From Macrostomum lignano (Eukaryota), in assembly GCA_002269645.1 (NCBI GenBank), contig NIVC01002777.1, positions 77,259-141,258 on the forward strand: 64,000 nucleotides of DNA, given 5' to 3'. Position 1 is the stretch's first letter; the number at the start of each line of letters is the position of its first letter. The position numbers and the translations under genes are program-made. Below, one piece after another: positions 49,486 to 59,893 of the stretch. Under the pieces are notes generated by a model. It saw only the letters and a list, made by a program, of their open reading frames with translations, ran no database searches and had not been told where the DNA came from.

Positions 49486-50501
49486 TTCCTATTTTGTACG
49501 TTTGTTAAATGTGAATCGCAGCCCAAAAAATGAATATACGCTCTTAGCTAGCTAATGGTCGCCTACGGAATCGAACCTTTGTTCGTTGCGCTATTTTTGT
49601 AACTATTTTTGTAACTAAATGTATATAAATCTACCTGCATGATTATAACAAGAACATTAGATTAAAGAAATGAATTAAAAAGTATAGAAATCGATCATAT
49701 TGGCTTTTTTACAGATAAAAGCTACAGACAGTTGTAGTAATAAAGCTAAAATATGAGCGAGCAATTGGAATTTTTAGAAAAAAAACATGACAAAGTAAAA
49801 ACAGTAGACCATGGAATTCAACCTCGGTTAGTAATTCCCCTTAATAGGTTATAAAAAAGAAATTTATAGTAGATCTTTTCTATATGAGCGTGTTTTAATT
49901 GAAAACTATAAACGGGAATAGCAGTTCTTTTGAGCATGTTCAAAAGCTAGCTAATCTTCTATTAAATATATTATAACTTATAGGAACTCAGAGAACAAAT
50001 TGTTTTTCTAAGAGAACACAATTTTGTCCGTATATTTTCTTGACAAAAATCTTCCTGAACTCTTAGAGCTAACTAATAAATATATAGAAATCCACATACC
50101 TTTGGAGCAAACAGTAAAGCGCCGGTATTATTAAAGCAAAAGTGTAGCAATTTCAAATGGATTCCAACTGTGTGGATGAAGTTCATTTGAAATTTAAACA
50201 ATCTGCCCCGTTATATTTAATTCTACATAGAACTAGTTATAACAAAGCATATCTTTTTTTCGTTCATGAACTTTATTCTATGCAGAAGTTTGCATGCTGC
50301 CAACGTAAATTTTTAAGAGAATTTTCGGTGAAATTTATTTAAAATTCTAAGCTAAGAGCTAGAAGTCGTAATCCGAGTAATTCAGTTAATAATTTATTTT
50401 TTAATTTTTCTTACTGTATGTAAGTTACTGTATTAACAGTAGAACTACCAAGAGGGGGGATCCCCCTGACAATTTTTTTTGCTGCGCCGGAACGGAGCAA
50501 C

Positions 50502-51137
50502 GCAGGCACACGAATTTCAAGAACACGGGCTAATTTTTTGTTGCGCACCTTCTCAAACAAGAATCAAGTCGCCAGCCCTCCGGATCGTCGAGATATTCGA
50601 CGATTCTACCAGAAGGTCGGATTTTTCCCATAAGCGCCAGTGTATTCAGTACACCCCTGTGCGCCAATCAGCACTGCGCCTCAGTGCAGCCTTGCCAAGT
50701 CTCCGAATTTCATCAGCACGTCGAACACATGTGTCTGCATCAGCTCTGACTTCGTTGATCACTGGCCTTCACCCAGGCGGAGCTTCTGGACCTTCAGCAG
50801 GTGGCACCAGGTGACACCCTGATGCGGATTTCTCTAGTTTCGCCGATCAAGGCTCGACTGCTGGACTCAATTGCAACTGCTGGACTCACAGCAGAGCTGA
50901 TGCAGACACATGTGGTGACGTGCTGATGAAATTTGGAGGCTTGGCAATGCAGCACTGAGGCGCAGTGCTGATTGGCGCACAGGGGTGTACTGAATGCACT
51001 GGCGCTTATGGGAAAAATCCGACCTTCTGGCAGAATCGTCGAATATCTCGACGGTCCGGAGGGCTGGCGACTTGATTCTTGTTTGAGAAGGTGCGCAACA
51101 AAAAGTTGGCCCGTGTTCTTGAATTTCGTGTGCCTGC
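50502..51137. repeat. long inverted repeat / foldback element
   Basis: Arms 50502-50748 and 50892-51137 are near-perfect reverse complements around a ~140-bp spacer. Confidence 0.9.
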
Positions 51138-52552
51138 TTGGTATTCCTACTGTTAAGTTAGTTTATTGAAAAACATTTTTTACTTTACCTTGCAGTGTAG
51201 CAAGTGCATTAATACAATTCAATTAATTGAAATCACATTTTTCGCTTCCGAATCTCTCATAACCAATGAAATCACGTTTATTAAACAAGAAATAATCAAC
51301 ATATTCAGGCGATATTCCCATTCACCATAAATCTATAAGCTTATAAATAAGCGAGTCAGCTTATTTATAAGCGAGGCATTGAAACAAAAAAAGTAGCGAG
51401 CCTTTTTCAAAAAGAAAAATATAAGCAACATCTATAAATAAAGACTTCTATACAGTATATAGTCGGAGTCGATTGTAGAATGATATCAATATAAGGGTTT
51501 TTGCTTTGGGGCTTTGTCGAGGTATAAGCTAAAATAAACAGTAACATATATATTGGCATATGCATACACGTAGGAATTTAAGTAAGATGTAGCTGATTAT
51601 TATAACGATTAAATTAAACATGATTATGTGATGAAAGTTAACGCACCACTGCGAAAGCGACATATTAAAGGATTAATTTATGGCTCTAATGCATCACTGA
51701 GGCTATTTATGAAACTTATGGCATTAAAAGGCTATGCAGTTTAAGAACAGGCCCGAATTGCAAGCGCACTTAAATTATAAAAATAGGTACAATTTAGTAG
51801 GGAACTAAAAATTTTTTTCCCATGGACCACACTCAAACACCAACTGAACCGAATTTGAGAAACAAATCTCTCGTATGAGCTGGTGACTGATGGCCTTGAT
51901 AGGGATGCGTCTTAGGGTTTATAATATTTGATGCAAAAATATATTTAAAACTAATCAGTTTCAGATTCGTCTGCAGGCCTTCTCTGGCTCACCTGTAAAC
52001 TTTTAGTCATGTAATTTAGTTCTCTGCAATAACTAAACGCTCTTAGCTCGTATCTCACATGTTATCTTGATGCCTTCTGATTGGTTATCACCTCGTGCCC
52101 TCTGGCTTCTATCCTTTACCCTAAGGTCTTACTTATGCGTGTTCTTCTCCCTTCCTCTCGCTGCCTTCTGATTGGTTATCATTATCAACACATCATCCCC
52201 TCTGGCTTCTATCTCTTACCCTAGAGTATCACACAATGTCAACCAAGTTTTTAGTGAGCTAAGATTCTTGCATCAAAAATCAAATTGAAAAAAATCAACC
52301 ATTTTAAATCATTAGCCACTCTAACGAGCTAAAAAAGATCCCAATTTTAGGTTGACTATTAAATTTGTTTTTTTCTCAATACCGAGTCCTTAAGTGTTAC
52401 GTGAAATAATAGAAACTGTGTATGCGTTGCAGATGATTTTATAACTTCTTTAGTATCGCATTTATGAGATTTACCGGCTTGTTGAATAGTTAAGTATGGG
52501 AATATAAGTTTTTATGAATGCAGACTGCCTGGAATAAACCGAGATGCACGCG

Positions 52553-55500
52553 CTACCCGGCACTCTCGCCAGCCTCCCCGCCTTCAACTGCACCAGCTGA
52601 AGGCTCAGACTGCTGCTCACCAGGTGGTGCCGACTTCTCAATCAGTCCGGCTGACTCGCTGCTCTCAGCCCACGGCTGCAGCTCGCCAGAAGAGCAGAAC
52701 AGATAGAATAGCGAGGTGGCCACGTGGACCAGGGCTGCGATGAAGAACACCAGCTGCCACTCGCCGGCTGTGCCGTGTCGAGTCACTGCGCTGGCCACGA
52801 TGGGAGACAGGACGCCTGTGCGGTTTCAGGGTGGGGGGTTATAGCGGCTGAGTTGATCAGGCTGCGTATGCTCTATACGGATTATTCCTTTTGCACACAT
52901 CAGATTGCTAATTAAGGACTTCTTAGAAGATAACGCAGGGGAGGGGCTACGGCTCTTTTAAAGAAGACGCTCCAGTACATGCATTTAGCCTCTTGGGCAG
53001 GACATCTGCCTACCTACCAAAAGAGACAGGTGCGCCCACCTATACATGTAAATCCGTGCATCCGACGTCAGACGTTCCCGACATCGTGCGACGTCCATTG
53101 CAAATTTTTATTTTTATACCTTACACAGACGTTCACCCGACGTTAGTAAAAAGTATTTAGGACGGCAGGAATAACAAAAAATAATCAGAAGTACTCGATT
53201 GGTCATCGTAGGATGATGGATACACCTGTCAATCAGTGGAACATGTATAGCTACGAGCTACATGTAAAGCGCGATCAAGTAGAGCTCGGGACCAAACCCG
53301 AGACACTTTATCCAAGTCCCTCTCTTGTAGGGTTTTCAGCCGACTTTTCCGACAATTTATCGATTGCATTCAGTAGCCCTCCCTCTGTTTCATTTGCCAA
53401 CCAACAAAGTTCGACAGTCTGGCGCTCACCTGACACGGTGCCAACACCATTGGAGATGCCCATCAGGAATCCAGCGAATCTGGGCGCAATGTCCAAATGG
53501 TTGACGCCGTAGCCGGACATGCCAATCCCCGTGAAGCCCAAGCCTATGGTCAGGAAGGCTGTGGACAGGTAGAGATTGCGCGAGATGCCCACAACAACTA
53601 GGCAGGCCGCCATTACGCCGAACCCGACAGTGTTGAATAGACGACGCGTCGCCGTGGTGGACAGGAACTTGCGACGAACGCAGTCGGCAAGGGTGCCACC
53701 TGCAATTTTCAGGGAGAGTTTAAGATCCATTTAGCATACTTGCGGGAGTATTTTTATAGTATTTTTCTAGGATTGTTACGAAAGACGCTAATTTAGGTTG
53801 GGTTTAGTTTGCTTAATAGAGGAAAGGCAGACTCAAGGATGAGGGAACGGAGAGACTGACTCAAGGATGAGGGAACGGAGAGACTGACTCAAGGATGAGG
53901 GAACGGAGAGACTGACTCAAGGATGAGGGAACGGAGAGACTGACTCAAGGATGAGGGAACGGGGAGGCTGACTCAAGGATGAGGGAACGGAGAGACTGAC
54001 TCAAGGATGAGGGAACGGAGAGACTGACTCAAGGATGAGGGAACGGAGAGACTGACTCAAGGATGAGGGAACGGAGAGACTGACTCAAAGATGAGGGAAC
54101 GGAGAGGCTGACTCAATGATGAGGGAACGGAGAGGCTGACTCAAGGATGAGGGAACGGGGAGGCTGACTCAAGTATGAAGGAAAAGAGAGGCTGACTCAA
54201 AGATGAGAGAACGGGGAGGCTGACTCAAGTATGAAGGAACAGAGAGGCAGACTCAAGGATGATTAATCTAATTGCCTCGCAATATTGTTATCGATTTGTT
54301 CTTAGTGAGTGAGTTATATTCTAACATAAATGTACATCTTGGTTTGCATAATTCATGTACATCGTATTGTTCACTTTTAGAACCTCAAATATATAATCGC
54401 TAACTTGGCCAGTTTGGGCCTCACGTTTTTTCTCGCTCAGCTTAAACCGCAGTCTTCAGACTTTACAATGAAGGAAGACTCAAGGATGATAAAGGAACGG
54501 AGAAGCAGACTTAAGGATGAGGGAACGGAGAGGCTGACTCATGGATGAGGGAACGGGGAGAGGCTGACTCAAGGATGAGGGAACGGGGAGGCTGACTCAA
54601 GGATGAGGGAACGGGGAGGCTGACTCAAGGATGAGGGAACGGAGAGGCTGACTCATGGATGAGGGAACGGAGAGGCTGACTCAATGATGAGGGAACGGGG
54701 AGAGGCTGACTCAAGGATGAGGGAACGGGGAGGCTGACTCAAGGATGAGGGAACGGAGAGGCTGACTCATGGATGAGGGAACGGAGAGGCTGACTCAAGG
54801 ATGAGGGAACGGGGAGGCTGACTCAAGGATGAGGGAACGGAGAGGCTGACTCAAGGATGAGGTAACGGAGAGGCAGAATCAAGGGCTGAGCTGGAGAGCG
54901 AGTTAAGAAGCAAATTTTAGAAAGGTTGAAAACTTATTATAATAGTATATCTAAAAGCAATTGAAAAGCTTGAATAAAATGGACAGAACTGAAAGCAGAC
55001 TTTGAACTGGGCATTTCTTGAAAAGCTTTAAAAAGAACGCACCAACTGGCGTGAGCCCGGCCATGAGCAGGAACGGAATCATTAAATAAATTCCAACCTC
55101 CTCGCTATTCAAATCGAACACTCGCGAGAAATAGGCCGGCAGGCCGATCATGCTGAACTGGAAGCTCCAGTTGCGCCCGACGTTGGCAAATACGATGGCC
55201 CATACGGGCAGCGACCTGACCATCGCTGCGCAAGGCACCTGGCCTGTAGCTGTGGCTGGCACGCTGCTGCTCTCAATGTAGGCCAGCTCCTCCGGGCTGA
55301 TGTAGGGATCGGTTGCCGGCCTAGAGTGCACGATGAGGAACCAGGCAACCGCCCAGGCGCAGCCGAGCGCCCCAAAGATGTAAAAATTCACTGGCCAGCC
55401 CAGATTGGTGGTGACGGCGCCGCAGAGCGGCAGGCCAACAATGGGCCCGAGGGCCATGCCGAAGAAGGAAATCGTCACTAGTTTGGATCGCTCCATCTCG

Positions 55501-56129
55501 GGCGCCCAGAATCGCCAGATGCCGTGAACGGAAGGATAGAGGCAGCCCTCGGCCATGCCCTGCAGCAGCCGGATGGTGAGGGTGACGCCGAATGCGGCGG
55601 ACGGCACCTCCAGATGAGCGGCCGTCGGCACGGCAATGTTCAATAGGCAGGTGATCAGCACGGAGCTTCCCAAGAGCATGTTTGGCTCCAGGTAGGACGA
55701 CATGAAGCCAGCCGGTATGCTGAACAAAGCGTAGCCGATAAAAAATGAAGCCTCAATGATGCCAATGTCCAGGTGATCCCAGGCCACCTCCTGAACCAGC
55801 TCGATTTTGTAGTAGGTGTGATTCCGAGCGGTCATCTCCACCTTCTCCGGTTGCTTTTTGGTCATCTTGATAATGGCGATGCCCATCTCTGAGCGCATCG
55901 CCAGCACCACCATGAGGCCGAGGCAGCTGAGCCACGCCACTACGTAGCGCTTCCAGCCGGGGCCGGTGCAGCGGCCTTCAGCTATGCCGACGCCCGCCGA
56001 TTTGCCCGACATTTGTCTTCGTTTTTCGCTTCCGCTCCGTCCAAGGCCGATGCCGCTGCCTCCTCTGCTGTCCCAGATGACGTCGGAGTCGTCTGCGTCG
56101 CTATTGTCGCTAGAGCCGGTTGAAGGCAC
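52553..56129 (-). CDS. SLC17-family (VGLUT/sialin-like) MFS anion transporter
   Basis: Exons ~56129(56204)-55043, 53699-53430, 52815-52553 with phase-1 GT-AG joins. Motifs C..KRYVVAWLSCLG...MRSEMGIAI, W..IGII.ASFF.GY...IPAG, RLLQGMAEG..YP..HGIW..WAP..ERSKL, NHLDIAPRFAG.LMGISNG.GT.SG, W..VF and SGELQPWA are diagnostic. The 5' end is uncertain (first in-frame ATG 56012). Confidence 0.92.
53830..54880. repeat. 28-bp minisatellite, two arrays (53830-54260, 54480-54880), in SLC17 intron
   Basis: TGACTCAAGGATGAGGGAACGGAGAGAC units. Confidence 0.95.
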
Positions 56130-57205
56130 CGGTTGGTGAGTCGCTGCTGTCGCTGCCGCCGCCGCCGCTGCGGGAGTGCCTCTACGATGGCTGATCGTCT
56201 TGCTCTACGCGGTCGGGAGTTCTTCCGTCTGGAATTTTCTGCGCTCTAACGAATCTGTAGATTCAGTGCAACAGTTTCCAGTGAGGCCAATATATGCCTG
56301 AATTTAGTACGGAAATAGAAAGAGACCGACAGTGGGAAGAAAAATCAAGCAACCCGCGTGTGCAATTCCTTACAATTCTGACAGTGAGAGATCAAGTTAT
56401 AGGGAAGGAAATTGCAGGGTTAGTGGTCTCTTAGACTTGCGTTGGAAATATTTGCGCTTGAATTTTTTATGTAGGCGTACGTCTCAACGCTGAACCGGAC
56501 GAGTGGGTAGGAAAGATCGGTTTCGGTGTAGAGCTGGCCGGGTATTGCAGCAGGAATTGGAGCACTATAAAGCTCAACTGAGCGAGTTCTGTATAGGGGC
56601 TTGAGCAACAACGGATTAGAAGCACGGATGTACAGTTCTTCCACTCCATTCAACTGGAGTTTGTCGCCTCGGTGTGCCATTTTAAGGGAGAGGGGGAGAG
56701 AAATACTAGGAAAAGAAAAGAGAAAAGTATACCAAACTTCTCGATCCCCATTGACTCTAACATTTTGCAAGGAGGCCCATATATGAAGGCGAATTGATTT
56801 GGGTTAAATTCTATACAGACGAAAAATTATATAAAGCTCCTGCTGCTACGGAAGGACAAAATTTTACAGAGCGGCATGGCGACTGACGATTGTGGCAACA
56901 GCTGGCAGCTGTTGCTCGCAGAGGGGCGCGTGTATAACAAGGTACATGTATTAATAATGTCCGTATATGTACACTATATATACCTCAATGCTCAAAAGGC
57001 AAATTACACTCTAATCATACACAAGTGTATTGTACATGTCGTAGCTTTAAATTCCTGCGCTGAGCACTCAAATCAAGGATTTGTCATTACTTTGCTCAAT
57101 AAATGCGTGTAGCTACGAACGTGCGTACGTACTTACTGTCTTTGTTTACCGAAATTCCCAGTTTTTGTTTTTTTGCGCACACTCGGACGGAAATTAATTA
57201 TTGAA

Positions 57206-57440
57206 GGGTCTGTATAAAAGCGTATTGGACACTGGACACATTGGAACCCCTTATTTTAACATTATTTATATATATACTTTGTCTTTATAAAAACGTGTAA
57301 ATATTTTTTATTATTACAATTTTGCATACGCTTTTTGCAATCTTTGAATTATTAGTATCAACAAGTTACGACTTTTGTTTAAAAAAAGGGGTGTCCAATG
57401 TGTCCAGTGTGTCCAATGTGTCCAGCTTTTATACAGACTC
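57206..57440. mobile_element. ~235-bp MITE sharing TIRs with the Mutator-like element at 27267
   Basis: GGGTCTGTATAAAAGC...CATTGGAACCCCTT / AAGGGGTGTCCAATG...GCTTTTATACAGACTC; imperfect flanking duplication ATTATTGAA / ATTATATTGAA. Confidence 0.75.
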
Positions 57441-58882
57441 ATTATATTGAACATTTAAACACAAATGGCCAGAAAATTAAAACCAGTACGGAAGTTTTTT
57501 AAAATTATAATTAATTTAGAATAAGAATTATTTATTCAGAATTAAAATATACACAAATTATGCCGTTTTGCACTCGTAAACACAAATTGAGAAAATTAAG
57601 TTCAAGCAACGGTAAAGCGCCACATATTGGCGGAAAGGTGCGCCGTTAAATACGCGCGGAAATGGCGAGCACCAATAATGCAAAATGGGACCAAGGTGAT
57701 AAATACAGCAGCATTTTGCCGTTAATTTGCCACCTTCTTGTCGGCAAACTTTAAAGTGGTTCCTTTACTAATGGTAGATGATCAGTCTATAACAAAGAAA
57801 ACAAAACTTGACTATAAGAAGATGACCATTCGATCGAACTATATTCAAATTATCGCGATTTTTATGCCGTTAAAATGAAATGTTTTCATCTTCGTAGAGT
57901 ATTGTTGCGCAAATTTGTTTGTTGCAGACAAGATTTATCGTAGAGTGGTGTTCACAAAAAACGATCCGAGTATGTAATTAAAGACAGGAAATAAAAGTGA
58001 CTAGTGTTGCTATATAATGAATCATGCAACTAAACAAGTTACAAAAATTCAAATTAAATTCATTAAAATTCGATGAATGGCAGTAAAACTTTGTTATTTT
58101 AATGGAAAATTGTAAATTTAAAATATGTATCAGTTATCGTGTTTCAAATTGTAGAATTTTATGGCTAGAGGAATTCAAGAAAACTGTTATAGAAACGAAA
58201 GCGTACCCTTCTGAAAATTCTTGTTGAGAAAGTACACCTTGGTAAGACTGATATCAATAAAACTATATTTTCTCGTTTCTCGTCCTTTAACACAATGAAA
58301 CTTCTGCTATCAAAAGAGCACTTCTAGTTAAAAAGAAACTTCCCATAATTTCTAATGTAAAGTAGTGGTCGTGGATATGGAGAATTTATTTTTATTTTTG
58401 TTTTTACTGTGTTGGAATAGAGACTAAAAACATTTATAAAACTTTACACTAAATTTTATCATTAGTTCTTACTTTAGTACCTCATATATCACAACGTACA
58501 TTAAGACAGCAAAAAATACAGCACGTCATCGATCTCAAAGCCAGCGCATTCAGTTTAAAATACAATATTTACTGGTATCTAAGCTATAACAAATGCTAAT
58601 AATTTTTCATGTAATTTTAAGTTTTATTTAGACTTGTACTTAATTGTTTTAAGTGTTTCAACTTGTATATCAGTTGTTTAAACCCATTGCAATACTAATT
58701 ATATGACCAAAAGTGCATGTATAGATCGCGAATATTAATTTCTACCTTGACTATTGACAATAATTGAAAAAACTATTCACTTCATTGCAAAGCAAATTTA
58801 AGTTATATTCATTTTTTCCTTGTTCCTGACAAAAACCATTTCGTATAGGCGCTTCCAGCCACGTGGCTACAGCTATCAAGCA

Positions 58883-59857
58883 ATGAACGAAAGGCCATCG
58901 CGAGATCCGGCAGTGGACCCAAAGAACGTCAGCGTTCAGCTGCCGGTTCCAGGCGGCGGCAGCAGTCCGAGGAACCTCACGATCACCCTGGCAATCAGCG
59001 TGCAGGTGACGGAGATTCCGGGCGTCACAATCGGGCTGGCCGGCGTGGATTTGAAGCATGCCGGTCCGGTGATCCCGGATGTGTCCACCGTTCCGGCGAG
59101 CACGATGCAACAGCAGCCTGCAACACGATGCGGCACGGACGAAGCATCTTCTATCAACAAGGAAAAGAAGGTAGGTAACCAATCAAATTTTTATCATGAC
59201 TAGAGGATTTCTGTGACAGAAGACTTGATATTGGTGACTCTGTCGAATTTTTTCCCATTTCAGAAGTCGAATTTGTAAGCAAGATATTTGTTGAAGCTCA
59301 AGGAGCTGCGATGCTGCCGACCTGTTTAAATAACCTGTCAAACGTAAAATGAACGTTTGTCTTTTTTCAGCTTTTCCCGGAAGAAGAAAACCCAGAATTC
59401 GCAGATACTTCAACAGCAGCAGCAGTTGGCAGGACCAGGCGAACCAGCGACCTCTGAAGCTCAGATGCCCCCTGAGCCTGTGAACAGCGCTCTTCCCGTC
59501 GCTCCGCAGGGCAAACCTTTGCCACCGACTTCTAGCGGCACCCTTGAACTGCCTACGCAGTCGTCGCTGCCTCTGCCCTCGGCCAGTTCAGCTAGAGCAG
59601 GCAAAAAGTACGGCTATGCGAGCATTGCTAGTCCGTCTGCTTTTTTAAATCAGAAGATAAAAAACCCATGGCAAGGGAGTCGGCGAAGGCGGGGATAGGA
59701 GGGACCTGCCTCCTTGCCTCACCTTAGACTTGTGGAGAAATAAAGAAGCGCTAGCAGTAACCAATGAAACAAAGTGTACTTGCTTTTGAGAATCATATGA
59801 TGCTGTAGTGCTATAATGACTCTTGGGGAGAATTACTGAAATGTCAATGCTTTAGGG

Positions 59858-59893
<36 letters not shown>

